Positions 43,301 to 51,787 of a DNA stretch of 64,000 nucleotides are shown one piece after another; the first letter of the stretch is position 1; the number at the start of each line of letters is the position of its first letter. Below the pieces are notes generated by a model. That model worked only from the letters and a program-made list of their open reading frames with translations. It had not been told where the DNA came from and made no database searches. Location: contig CAZMOZ010000001.1 of NCBI GenBank assembly GCA_964568145.1, forward strand, positions 195,536 through 259,535. Direction: 5' to 3'. Source of the DNA: an uncultured Verrucomicrobiota bacterium (GTDB lineage: Bacteria; Verrucomicrobiota; Verrucomicrobiia; Limisphaerales; J093). The position numbers were made by a program, and so were the translations under genes.

Positions 43301-44074
43301 CGTGTCCGGCTCGCCCAGCTCGAAGACGCGGTCGCCCACGAACCGGATGCGTTTGGCGTGCCGGCCGGTGGCCACGGGCCGACCGCCCACCAGGCGGAAA
43401 CTCAGGTGCCCACCGCTGCGGAGGATCGAGTTCACGCCGTAGTTGGCCACGTACAGGTCGAGGTCGCCGTCGCCGTCCACGTCAGCCAGCGCGGCCGAGG
43501 TGGCGCCCAGTTCGGAGACCAGCCCCGCGGCGGCAGTGACGTTGGTGAACGTGCCCCGGCCGGTGTTGAGGAAGAGCGCGTTGGGGCCGCCCATCGAGAG
43601 CACCAGCAGGTCCAGCCGGCCGTCGCCATCCATGTCGGCAAAGACCGCGCCGGTGGACAACTGGTCGGCACAGGCCACGCCGGCGGCGGCGGTCACGTCC
43701 TCGAAGTGCCAGCCGCCGAGGTTGCGATACAGGGCGTTGGGGCCTTCCAAGCGGCAAAGATAGACGTCGCACCGGCCGTCGCCGTCGTAGTCGCCCAGGG
43801 CCACGCCGGAGCCGTTGAGCAGGTTTACGTTCTCGAGGTATCGCGCCGGGGAGAGGTGGTTGGTGAACCGGATTCCGGTCGTGCTTCCGGGCAGCGTCGT
43901 AAAGCCGGTCTGGCCCATGGCCGGAACCGCCAATGGCAGACGGCGGAAACCCGCGCTAGCTTCCCAGTCGGCAGCGCTGCTTTCCGCCGCAAGCGAGGTG
44001 ACTTCAAATGCGGCGGCCAGCGACGCGGCGACGAATCCCGTGCCGGCAGCTCCGGGTCGTGGCAGGCTCAGCAT
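40376..44074 (-). CDS. double-module FG-GAP/VCBS + UnbV/ASPIC protein (CRTAC1-like), paralog
   Basis: The track ORF starts at TTG 44146. ATG 44074 gives MLSLPRPGAAGTGFVAASLAAAFEVTSLAAE. The architecture matches the paralogs (GARIRVTGG...AAGGRYMGDDE...VFWRAGGRS; GAGVRL...MAGSGYGSRDGATLVL...VRWPGGRT). Confidence 0.8.
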   Translation of the reverse strand: MLSLPRPGAAGTGFVAASLAAAFEVTSLAAESSAADWEASAGFRRLPLAVPAMGQTGFTTLPGSTTGIRFTNHLSPARYLENVNLLNGSGVALGDYDGDGRCDVYLCRLEGPNALYRNLGGWHFEDVTAAAGVACADQLSTGAVFADMDGDGRLDLLVLSMGGPNALFLNTGRGTFTNVTAAAGLVSELGATSAALADVDGDGDLDLYVANYGVNSILRSGGHLSFRLVGGRPVATGRHAKRIRFVGDRVFELGEPDTLYLNDGAGRFTPVNWTGGAFLDEDGRPLAEAPWDQSLSALFHDFNGDGAPDLYVCGDASTPDRFWWGDGRGRFRAVPGRAVRLTPYFSMSVVAADLDRDGRDDLFVTDMLARQHLYVLTQRGTMHDQPRPPGDLDSRHQTRRNVLLHARGDGTYEELAWYADAAASDWAWSCLPLDVDLDGWEDLLVSNGFLHNVDDLDTQERVRSLGRLSVAESRKTTLMFERLDTPNLAFHNQRNLTFRERGRDWGFDSRRIANGMALGDLDGDGDLDVVINCLGDEALVLRNDSPAPRLAVRLRGRPPNTRGVGARIRVTGGPVVQEVEMAAGGRYMGDDEPVRVFATGRARWLTLEVFWRAGGRSVVTNAVPNHLYEIEEPGPEPRTTNYEPQTKNPSLLQNISARLAHRHGEEPFEDFAQQPLLLYRLSRLGPGAGWVDLDGDGREELVVPGDAGGRVEAFRYDAAAECWAPLPAELPPLAGDGVAVAAWVPAPGRRQVLIGLANQTVGATNAPVLAAFEWRDGRLRPAGEWRAPFSAGPVAVADYDGDGDLDVFVGGRFVPGRYPEPAGAHLFRNEQGALTPDPAAERLFAGPGLVAGAVWADVDGDGWPDLALACEWGPVRLLLNRRGTLHEATAAWGLDAWTGLWSGITAGDFDGDGRLDLAVGNWGLNSPYRASPQQPLRLFYGDLDENGAVDLIEAYEVPGIGLAPRRDFDAVAAALPFVRTRFASRRAYAQAGVSQMLGAEGAKAKELSATTLLSTVFLNRSGRFEAVPLPAAAQFAPVFGVCVADWDGDGLEDLFLSQNLHATQPDFNRMDAGRGLVLRGNGRGGFVAMPGQDSGVVLYGEQRGCATTDFDGDGRADLVVAQNGAPTGLFRNAGARPGLRVRLVGPPENPDGIGAGVRLEMADGQAGPVRAVMAGSGYGSRDGATLVLHAGDRQSQAVEVRWPGGRTSKTPVPAGAREVRLSWDGLAKPQTN
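42136..42177. repeat. heptanucleotide repeat (GGTTCGT-type) in the inter-module linker
   Basis: The tract reads GGTTTGT GGTTCGT AGTTGGT GGTTCGT GGTTCGG GGCCCGG. It encodes EPRTTNYEPQTKNP on the minus strand. Confidence 0.85.
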
Positions 44075-44310
44075 GGGCCGAGTGTAGTGTGGTTTCGCTG
44101 GTTCGTCATCTGATTGCCGGTGCCGGGGCGGTATGGCGGTATTCAATTCAAGCAGCCGGTGCGTGCGGCCTCATACCCTCCGGCAATAGGACAGCCAGCC
44201 TCTGGCATGGGTAGCCGCCCCTCGCCGGGGGTCGCCGGGAGCTGTCGCCTCTCGGCGAGAGGCGACCCCCTGTAGCCGCCGGGCTGGAGATTCCCGGAGG
44301 TTCCGCTAGG

Positions 44311-45699
44311 GTGCGCGCCATGCCTGATGCCCTCCGCGCCATTCCCGCGGTCGAAAAAGTCCTGCAAGCCCTCGGGCCGCTGGATCTGCCGCGGCCCACG
44401 CTCCTGGCCGTCGTGCGACGCGAGCTGGCGGCGTGGCGCCAAGCGCCGGCGGTGGCAGACTTCGCGACGGTGGTTGCCGGCGTGCGCGCCGCGTTCGAGC
44501 GCCTGCGCGCGTCCCGGCTCCAGCCGGTCATCAACGGCACGGGCGTGTTGTTGCACACCAATCTGGGCCGCGCGCCGCTGGGTCCGGCGGCGGTCGAGGC
44601 GCTGGGCGCGCTGGCGGCGGCCTACAGCAACCTCGAGTTCGATCTCGCCACCGGCGAGCGCGGCGGCCGGGCCGGCTACCTCGAGCACAATCTCGCCCTG
44701 TTGTGCGGCGCCGACGCCGCCACGGTGGTCAACAACTGCGCGGCGGCGTTGGTGCTGATTCTCCGCCACTTCACCGCCGGCGCGCGCAAGCAGGTGGTGG
44801 TCTCACGCGGCGAGCTGATCCAGATCGGCGGCGGCTTTCGCATCCCGGAAATCCTCGAATCCAGCGGCGCCGTCCTGCGCGAGGTCGGCACGACCAACCG
44901 CACCACCGTGGCCGACTACGCCCGCGTGATCGGCCGCGACACCGCGCTGATCCTCCAGGTCCACCGCAGCAACTTCTTCATGGGCGGCTTCGTCGAGTCG
45001 CCGGCCACCGCGGACCTCGCCGCGCTGGCGCGCAAGCGGCGCGTGCCGCTCGTCGCGGATCTGGGCAGCGGCGCGGTGTTTGACACCACCGGTTTGGGTG
45101 TGGACGAGCGCGCGCCGACGCCCGCCGAAGCGCTCAAGCGCGGCGCGGACCTAGTCTGCTTCAGTGGCGACAAGCTCCTGGGCGGCCCGCAGGCGGGGAT
45201 CATCACCGGCCGGGCGAAGCTCGTGGCGGCCTTGAAGCGCAAGCCGCTGTTCCGCGCGTTGCGCTGCGACAAGCTGTGCTTCGCCGCCCTCCAGGCCACT
45301 GTGGATGAACTGCTCGCGGCGCAGCCGGATTCGCCCCCGCCGGGCCGCCTGCCTTTGGTGGACATGTTGCGCGCGCCGACCGAGACGTTGCACGCGCGCG
45401 CGGAGGCACTTGTGACGGCGCTGGCCGGCCTGCCGGTCCAGGCGAGCGTCGGGGCGGGGCAGGGGCAGGTGGGCGGGGGCACGTTGCCGCGCGCGGTGAC
45501 TGCCTCAGTCACGTTGGACCTCGCGCCCCAACAGACGTCACTGGCCGGGTTCGCCGCGCGACTGCGCGCCGCGTCGCCGCCGGTGATCGGCTACGTGGCG
45601 GGCGGGCGGCTCAAGCTGGATCTGCGGACGGTTTTCCCCTGGCAGGACGACCTGCTGGCGCGCGCGATCACCGAGGCGTGCCGGGGTGCTGGGCCTTAA
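44311..45699 (+). CDS. selA: L-seryl-tRNA(Sec) selenium transferase (selenocysteine synthase)
   Basis: 462 aa from GTG 44311; ATG 44320 is an alternative start. Diagnostic blocks are LRAIPAVEKVL, VINGTGVLLHTNLGRAP, VVNNCAAALVL, GELIQIGGGFRIPEI, REVGTTNRT and FSGDKLLGGPQAGII (PLP lysine). Confidence 0.9.
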   Translation: MRAMPDALRAIPAVEKVLQALGPLDLPRPTLLAVVRRELAAWRQAPAVADFATVVAGVRAAFERLRASRLQPVINGTGVLLHTNLGRAPLGPAAVEALGALAAAYSNLEFDLATGERGGRAGYLEHNLALLCGADAATVVNNCAAALVLILRHFTAGARKQVVVSRGELIQIGGGFRIPEILESSGAVLREVGTTNRTTVADYARVIGRDTALILQVHRSNFFMGGFVESPATADLAALARKRRVPLVADLGSGAVFDTTGLGVDERAPTPAEALKRGADLVCFSGDKLLGGPQAGIITGRAKLVAALKRKPLFRALRCDKLCFAALQATVDELLAAQPDSPPPGRLPLVDMLRAPTETLHARAEALVTALAGLPVQASVGAGQGQVGGGTLPRAVTASVTLDLAPQQTSLAGFAARLRAASPPVIGYVAGGRLKLDLRTVFPWQDDLLARAITEACRGAGP

Positions 45700-46050
45700 A
45701 AGCGAAGTTGAGCCTGCGCGCATTTGACATTTTCTGGGAGTCTCTTCCAGCCAATGGCCCGAACGGCCATCCGTCCTCGCAGTCTTTCGTTTGCCGTCTT
45801 CCCCCCTCACCCCGGCCCTCTCCCTCAAGGAGAGGGAGGCCTTTCAAGCGCCTGCGTCAGTGCGGACGCTCCCGCATCGGTACCGCGCGCGGGGCGCGTT
45901 GCTCCCACTCCCGCCGGGAGGGGGTTGGGGTGAAGGGAACGGGAACGGCTGCAACCGGCGAGTTAAGGCGGGTCCGAACAGTCCCCGGCCGTACCGGCCT
46001 GGCCTGGCGTTCCCGGACGCCCTGCAAGAAAGGGAAATGCGCCGGCTGAA

Positions 46051-46102
46051 CCCTAAAACCGAAGTCGCAGTGTGTTCCGCCTTGCCAACTTCGGCTTTCG
46101 GA
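46051..46102 (+). repeat. REP-like palindromic element, fourth copy
   Basis: The sequence is CCCTAAAACCGAAGTCGCAGTGTGTTCCGCCTTGCCAACTTCGGCTTTCGGA. Confidence 0.7.
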
Positions 46103-46157
46103 TTGAAAGGGGGCGCGCCCGCCTGGGCGCGGGTGATCCCTGACGGAAAGCGCCGCC

Positions 46158-47849
46158 TCACCCGGCGCGTGGTGGACTGGCGAGATCGCGGCCGGTGTCG
46201 CCGAGCGCGGCCCAGGCCAGGCCTTGGAAGGCCGGCACCTCCGCGGCGATCTGGTTGAACAGCGCCTCCAAGCCGGCGGGTGAGCTTTCGCCGGTAAGCC
46301 GTTCCCAGATTTCGCTCAGAAATTCCACCTCGGGCCGGGCCTCACCGGGCGGCTCGACGGCCTTGAAAAATCGCTGCACCCGGCCATGCACGTTGGTGAA
46401 GCTGCCCCGCTTTTCCGCGTGGGCGCAGCCGGGCAGCACGTAATGCGCGCGCGCCGCAGTCTCGTTGGGCAGGATGTCGCTCATCACCAGCAGCTCCAGC
46501 CGGCCGAGCGTTTCCGCGTCGAAGCCGTGGCGGGTGAGGTCCTCGCCGAAGACCAGCAGGCTGGTGATGGTGCCGGCGCGGATGCGCTCGGCAAAGACGC
46601 CGAGGTTCGAGCCCGCCGGTTCGGCGGCGAGCCCGAGCACACGGGCCCCGGTGCTGTTCGGGTTCTTGTCCGCGTGGACCAGCAGGCGGTCGCTGTCGCC
46701 AGTGCGCGGCACCGTGTCGGTGACCGCGCCGATACGCTGGGCGAGTTTGCGCAGCAGGTACAACTCCTCGTTGCTGAGGCGGGCCGACGCGACCAACGCC
46801 ACGTGTCCGGGCGCGGCCGCCTTCAAGCGGTCGGCAATTTCCACGAGCGCCCGCGTCCAGGTGGCCGGCTGGCCGCCGATGTTGACGTGGCGCAGGCGGT
46901 CGGCGCGGCCGATCCATTTGTAGTTGAGCCGGCCGAAGTCGCAGAGCCAACTGCGGTTGACGGCGTCGTTTTCGCGCGGGGTGTAGCGGTAAACTCGGTC
47001 TTCGCGCGAGCCGATGAGGATGTTGCACCCGGTGCCGCAACTGGCGCAGAGGGACTTGGTTTCCTTCAGGAACCACACGCGCATCTGGAAGCGGAAATCC
47101 TTCGAGGTCAGCGCGCCCACCGGACAGATGTCCACGGTGTTGAGCGTGTAGTTGTTGTCGAACGCCCGGCCCGGCCAGGCAGTGAGGGTGCTGTAGCCGC
47201 CGCGGTTGACGATGCCCAGCGCGTCGTCGCCCACGATGTCGCGCGTGAACCGGATGCAGCGGGAGCACAGGATGCAACGCTCGTCGTCGAGCATGATGCG
47301 GGGGCCGAGGTCCACCTGCTTGGGCTTGTGGACCTTCGTCTCGACGAAGCGGCTGGCGGCCTGGCCGTATTCGACCGAGTACTCCTGGAGCTTGCACTCG
47401 CCGGCCTGGTCGCAGATCGGGCAGTCTAGCGGGTGGTTGATGAGCAGAAACTCGAGCACGCTCTCGCGCATGGCTTTCACGGCGGGCGTCTCGGTGTAAA
47501 TCTCCATGCCGGGCGCCACTGGTGTGGCGCAGGCGATGGCGGGCCGCGGCGACTTGTTGATGATGAGCGACCCGTCGGGATTCCTCAGCGGCCGGCGGTC
47601 CGGGCCCAGCGCGGGCAGACCGTACTCGACCAAACACATGCGGCAGTTGCCGGCGATGGGCAGCCGATGGTGGTAGCAGTAATGCGGCACCGTGACGCCG
47701 GCGGCGGCGCACGCCTGGAGCATGGTCGGCGTCGTGGGTTGCCCCTTCCAGTCCGGCAGCAAGCGGGGCACGGTGACGGCCCGGCCGTTCACGTTGACGG
47801 TGAGAGTGTCAGGGGCGGCTGTCCCCTGGGAGACCGCGTTCGTGCTCAT
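46158..47849 (-). CDS. nuoG: NADH-quinone oxidoreductase subunit G (short form)
   Basis: An internal ATG at 47849 gives MSTNAVSQG... and overlaps the nuoF stop (ATGA). The 2Fe-2S motif is CYHHRLPIAGNCRMCLVE, followed by HPLDCPICDQAGECKLQ and CILCSRCIRF. The C-terminal part is molybdopterin-oxidoreductase-like. Confidence 0.85.
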   Translation of the reverse strand: MSTNAVSQGTAAPDTLTVNVNGRAVTVPRLLPDWKGQPTTPTMLQACAAAGVTVPHYCYHHRLPIAGNCRMCLVEYGLPALGPDRRPLRNPDGSLIINKSPRPAIACATPVAPGMEIYTETPAVKAMRESVLEFLLINHPLDCPICDQAGECKLQEYSVEYGQAASRFVETKVHKPKQVDLGPRIMLDDERCILCSRCIRFTRDIVGDDALGIVNRGGYSTLTAWPGRAFDNNYTLNTVDICPVGALTSKDFRFQMRVWFLKETKSLCASCGTGCNILIGSREDRVYRYTPRENDAVNRSWLCDFGRLNYKWIGRADRLRHVNIGGQPATWTRALVEIADRLKAAAPGHVALVASARLSNEELYLLRKLAQRIGAVTDTVPRTGDSDRLLVHADKNPNSTGARVLGLAAEPAGSNLGVFAERIRAGTITSLLVFGEDLTRHGFDAETLGRLELLVMSDILPNETAARAHYVLPGCAHAEKRGSFTNVHGRVQRFFKAVEPPGEARPEVEFLSEIWERLTGESSPAGLEALFNQIAAEVPAFQGLAWAALGDTGRDLASPPRAG

Positions 47850-49243
47850 GCCGAAGTTGGTTGCTGTTGCACAGCCTGGCCCGCCTTGCCCCGGGCCGCA
47901 AACTCGTCCCTGAACTTGCTCACGACGCTTTGCACCGGCCAGGAACAGGCCTCGCCAAAGGCGCAGATTGTCCGGCCGCCAGGGATGTTGTCCGCGATGT
48001 GCAGCAGGTAATCCGCGTCCTCGGGCCGGCCGGCGCCGCGGGTCAGGCGGCGCAGGGCCTTGGCCAGCCAGAGCGAGCCTTCGCGGCACGGTGTGCACTG
48101 GCCGCAGCTTTCATGGGCGAAGAACTCGCAGATGTTCGCCAGCGCGGCCACGATGTCGGTCGAGTCGTCCAGGACGATGATCGCGCCGGAGCCGGACATG
48201 CTGCCGGCGGCTATGAGAGTGGTGAAGTCGTACGGCAGATCGAGCACGTCCTTCTCCTGCTCGGCCTCGCGCCCGTCGGTCCCGCGCACCTTGAGCTTCA
48301 CCTTTTCGCCAGCCTTGAAGACCTTGGCCGAGGCGCCGCCGGGAATGACGGCCTTCAACTGCCGGCCTTCGCGCAGACCGCCGCCAAAAGCCGGGTCGAA
48401 GATCAGCTCGCGCAAGGTGGCCTTGCCCACTTCGATTTCATAATAGCCGGGCCGGCGCACGTGGCCGCTGAGGCAGACAATGCGCGTGCCGGTGTTGTTC
48501 GGCGTGCCCAGCCGGGCGTACTCGGCGCCGCCCATCGCCAGCACGTGCTTCACCGCGCACAGGGTTTCGACGTTGTTGACGATGGTGGGGCAATGGTACA
48601 GCCCCAGCACAGCCGGGAAGTAGGGCGGCTTGATGCGCGGGTACGGGCGCTTGCCTTCGAGGGACTCGATCAGCCCGGTCTCCTCGCCGCAAATGTAGGC
48701 GCCGGCGCCGCGATGCACGTGGATCTCGAGATCGTACCCGCTGCCTAGGATGTTCTTGCCCAGGAGGCCGGCGGCGCGGGCCTCGGCCAGGGCGTCGTTC
48801 AGAATGCGCGCGCCCGCGACGAATTCGCCGCGGATGTAGATGAAGGCCAGATGGGCGTCGTTGGCATAGCTCGAAAGGATCATGCCTTCGAGCAACTGAT
48901 GCGGATCCTTGTAGATGATCTGCTTGTCCTTGAACGTGCCCGGCTCGGACTCGTCGGCGTTGCAGATCAGGTAGATGGGCTTGCCGCTCTTGCGGTCCGC
49001 CAGCGACCACTTCATGCCGGTGGAAAAGCCGGCGCCGCCGCGGCCGCGCAGGCCCGAGATCGTGACCTCCTGGCGGAGCTGTTCCTGCGGGCTGAGCGTC
49101 TTGCCGTCGGGCAGGGTGCGCGGTTTGAGGTCCAGGGCCTGGCGCAAGACGGTGTAACCGCCGTGGCGGCGGTAGCACTCGAGATCCGGCGTGTAGCCGG
49201 GGTTGTCCAGGTGCTGGAGGATGAGGCGGCGCTCGGCAGGCAT
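47846..49243 (-). CDS. nuoF: NADH-quinone oxidoreductase subunit F
   Basis: 465 aa. Diagnostic blocks are GLRGRGGAGFSTGMKW, YLICNADESEPGTFKD and ESCGQCTPCREG. Confidence 0.92.
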   Translation of the reverse strand: MPAERRLILQHLDNPGYTPDLECYRRHGGYTVLRQALDLKPRTLPDGKTLSPQEQLRQEVTISGLRGRGGAGFSTGMKWSLADRKSGKPIYLICNADESEPGTFKDKQIIYKDPHQLLEGMILSSYANDAHLAFIYIRGEFVAGARILNDALAEARAAGLLGKNILGSGYDLEIHVHRGAGAYICGEETGLIESLEGKRPYPRIKPPYFPAVLGLYHCPTIVNNVETLCAVKHVLAMGGAEYARLGTPNNTGTRIVCLSGHVRRPGYYEIEVGKATLRELIFDPAFGGGLREGRQLKAVIPGGASAKVFKAGEKVKLKVRGTDGREAEQEKDVLDLPYDFTTLIAAGSMSGSGAIIVLDDSTDIVAALANICEFFAHESCGQCTPCREGSLWLAKALRRLTRGAGRPEDADYLLHIADNIPGGRTICAFGEACSWPVQSVVSKFRDEFAARGKAGQAVQQQPTSA

Positions 49244-49292
49244 GGCAGCTTGACTCTCAGGCGCGCCCCGCTAGGGTGCGTTCGCCGTGGTT

Positions 49293-49366
49293 TGCCCGAT
49301 GGTGTAACGGTAGCACAGCAGACTCTGGATCTGTTTGTCTAGGTTCAAATCCTAGTCGGGCAGCCA
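49293..49366 (+). tRNA. tRNA-Gln (anticodon CUG), CCA encoded
   Basis: 74 nt. The acceptor TGCCCGA pairs with TCGGGCA (U1-A72, as in bacterial tRNA-Gln). The D arm is GTGT-AACGGTA-GCAC. The anticodon arm is GCAGA-CTCTGGA-TCTGT. The T arm is CTAGG-TTCAAAT-CCTAG. Discriminator G and CCA follow. Confidence 0.85.
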
Positions 49367-49451
49367 ACCTCAAGGCGGCCCTTCCCGCAACTTTACAGAC
49401 CTGGCTCGCCGGCCTGCGGCGCACCCCTGGTTTGCGGCAGCCAGCCATGCG

Positions 49452-49937
49452 TCAGGCGGGCTTGCCGACGATTTCGTCCGCCTTTTCGAGCGTGACCGCC
49501 TCGTGGCAGGCGTCGTTGACCATCATCACCGGCGCGGTGCCGCAACCGGCCAGACACTCGACGAACTCCACGGTGAACCGCCCGTCCGGCGTGGTTTGCG
49601 GGCCGTGCGCTGCGGCATCTAGGCCCAGTTTCGCGCAAAGATGCCGGTGCAGTTCGTGCGAGCCGGCCAGCGCGCAGCTCAGCGTGCGGCAGACTTTGAT
49701 GTGAATCCGCCCCACCGGCTCCTGGCGGAACATCGGATAGAAGGTGACCAGCTCGAGGATGTTGATCGGCTGCAGGTCCAGCTTGCGGGCCGTCCATTCC
49801 ATCGCCGCCGGGCCCAGGTAGCCGAAACGGTCCTGGAGGGCGTGCAACACCATGACGCTGGCGCTGCGCTTCTGCGGGTAGCGCGCAATCAGCGCGTCAA
49901 TTTCGGCCTCGAGCGTCGCTGGCACGGCGAAGCTCAT
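49452..49937 (-). CDS. nuoE: NADH-quinone oxidoreductase subunit E
   Basis: 161 aa. The 2Fe-2S cysteines lie in CRTLSCALAG and ECLAGCGTAPVMMVND. The ATG overlaps the nuoD stop (ATGA). Confidence 0.9.
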   Translation of the reverse strand: MSFAVPATLEAEIDALIARYPQKRSASVMVLHALQDRFGYLGPAAMEWTARKLDLQPINILELVTFYPMFRQEPVGRIHIKVCRTLSCALAGSHELHRHLCAKLGLDAAAHGPQTTPDGRFTVEFVECLAGCGTAPVMMVNDACHEAVTLEKADEIVGKPA

Positions 49938-51202
49938 CGGTCACACTCTCCCATGACGAAGTCCAGCGAGCCCAGGATCGAGACCACGTCGCTGATCATG
50001 TGGCCCGGCAGCAGGTGGGACAGGATGCTGAGGTTCACGAAGGACGGCGCGCGGATTTTGAGCCGGTACGGGACGCCGCCGCCGCGGCTGTGGATGTAGA
50101 AGCCCAGTTCGCCCTTGGGGTTCTCCGCGCCAAAATACACCTCGCCGGGCGGCGCGTTGACACCTTGCGTGACCAGCATGAACTGGTGGATCAATTCCTC
50201 CATGCGGGTCAGCACCGTTTCCTTGAGCGGGAGCACGATCTTGCCGTCGTCCACGTTCACCGGGCCGCCCGGCAACTGGTCGAGGCATTGATGCAGGAGG
50301 CGCACGCTTTGCCGCATTTCCTCCATGCGCACCAGGTAGCGGTCGTAGCAGTCGCCCACCGAGCCGACCGGCACGTCGAACTGGAGCCGATCGTAAACGA
50401 GGTACGGATGCACCTTGCGCACGTCGTAGTCCACGCCGCTGCCGCGGAGGTTCGGTCCGGTCAGCGCGAAGCTGACCGCGTCCTCACGGCGGATGACGCC
50501 GATGTCGCGGGTGCGGTCCACCCAGATGCGGTTGCGGGTCAGGAGGGTCTCGACGTCGTTGATGGTGGTGACGACCTCGCGGGCGAAGCGCCGGCACTGG
50601 TCGGTCCAGCCGGGCGGCAGGTCGCGCGCCAGGCCGCCGATGCGGGTGTAGCTGGTGGTGAAGCGCGCACCGGTGAGCGACTCGCACAGGTTGTAGATCT
50701 TCTCCCGCTCGGTGAAGGTGTGCAGGAACACGGTCATCGCGCCCACGTCCATGGCGAAGCAGCCCACGCCGAGCAGGTGTGAGGAAATGCGCGCCAGCTC
50801 GCAGCAGATCACCCGGATGTACTGGCAGCGCGGCGGCAGCTTGTCGTGGATGCCCAGCAGCTTTTCCACCGCGAGGGCGTAAGCCACGTTGTTCGCCAGC
50901 GGCGCCAGATAATCCAGCCGGTCCGTGTACGGGATGAACTGGGTCCAGGTCATGGACTCGGCGATCTTCTCGTCGCCGCGATGCAAATAACCCACGTCCG
51001 GCGTGGCGCGGATGATGACCTCGCCGTCCAGCTCGAGCTGGATGCGCAACACCCCGTGCGTCGAAGGGTGCGACGGCCCCATGTTCAGGACCATCTTTTC
51101 GCCGGGCAAATCGCCAGCGTCCGTTGTATCGGCCACCGAAGCCGTGGCGTCAGCCGCGCGGGCGGCGGTGTCTTTGAAATCGAATTCTTGGACCTGGGGC
51201 AT
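49934..51202 (-). CDS. nuoD: NADH-quinone oxidoreductase subunit D
   Basis: 422 aa. The blocks are MVLNMGPSHPSTHGVLR and DRLDYL, with the C-terminus LGSLDFVMGECDR. Confidence 0.92.
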   Translation of the reverse strand: MPQVQEFDFKDTAARAADATASVADTTDAGDLPGEKMVLNMGPSHPSTHGVLRIQLELDGEVIIRATPDVGYLHRGDEKIAESMTWTQFIPYTDRLDYLAPLANNVAYALAVEKLLGIHDKLPPRCQYIRVICCELARISSHLLGVGCFAMDVGAMTVFLHTFTEREKIYNLCESLTGARFTTSYTRIGGLARDLPPGWTDQCRRFAREVVTTINDVETLLTRNRIWVDRTRDIGVIRREDAVSFALTGPNLRGSGVDYDVRKVHPYLVYDRLQFDVPVGSVGDCYDRYLVRMEEMRQSVRLLHQCLDQLPGGPVNVDDGKIVLPLKETVLTRMEELIHQFMLVTQGVNAPPGEVYFGAENPKGELGFYIHSRGGGVPYRLKIRAPSFVNLSILSHLLPGHMISDVVSILGSLDFVMGECDR

Positions 51203-51208
51203 GTCGCC

Positions 51209-51787
51209 TCACTCCTCAACGTTCCGCACCCGCGGCTCGCGCTCGATCGCGTCCTTGCCGCCGGGCGCGGTCACAAACGGCCCGCCTTCCAGCGGCGCGG
51301 GCGCGGTGAAGGCGACCTCCGGCAGTTCGGTGGGCTTGCCGGCCAGCGGGAAGTCCTTTCGCAGGGGAAAGTACGGATAGCCTTCCCACGTGAGAATCCG
51401 CCGCAAGTCCGGATGCCCGCGGAACCGGATGCCCATCATGTCGTAAATCTCGCGCTCGTGCCAGTCGGCGGTGCGCCAGATGCCGGTCACGGTGGGCAGC
51501 TCGGACTTTTCCTCGCTCACCGCGGTTTTCAGGCGCAGGTGGCAGCGGTGGCCCAGGCCGTACAGTTCGTAAACCACCGTCCAGCGCGGGTCGTCGCCGT
51601 AGTTGTCCACGCTGCTGATGTCGAGCAGGAAGTCGAGGCCCAGTTCTGTCCGCGCGTACTCGCACACCTCGGGCATCCGCCCGGCGTCGGCCACGGTCAG
51701 GGTGATTTCGCCGCGGAACTCCACCGGCTCGGAGACCAAGTCACCGAAACGGGTGCGCAGCCGGGCGGCGAGGTCGCGGGCGGTCAT
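51209..51787 (-). CDS. nuoC: NADH-quinone oxidoreductase subunit C
   Basis: An internal ATG at 51787 gives [15 protein letters not shown]... and overlaps the nuoB stop (ATGA). The blocks are [24 protein letters not shown] and [11 protein letters not shown]. The longer track ORF (to 52222) runs out of frame across nuoB. Confidence 0.88.
   Translation of the reverse strand: MTARDLAARLRTRFGDLVSEPVEFRGEITLTVADAGRMPEVCEYARTELGLDFLLDISSVDNYGDDPRWTVVYELYGLGHRCHLRLKTAVSEEKSELPTVTGIWRTADWHEREIYDMMGIRFRGHPDLRRILTWEGYPYFPLRKDFPLAGKPTELPEVAFTAPAPLEGGPFVTAPGGKDAIEREPRVRNVEE

Noticed and set aside
45700-46157. Small ORFs (for example 45724..45933 and 45791..46258) in the selA-nuoG spacer, and similar ones in other spacers (5708-6343, 7130-7392, 15413-15735, 22075-22505)
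   Set aside because: They are composed of repeat modules and hairpins (for example CCCTCTCC-CTCAA-GGAGAGGG at about 45817-45837). They have no start context or conserved protein motifs and are best explained as translated repeats.
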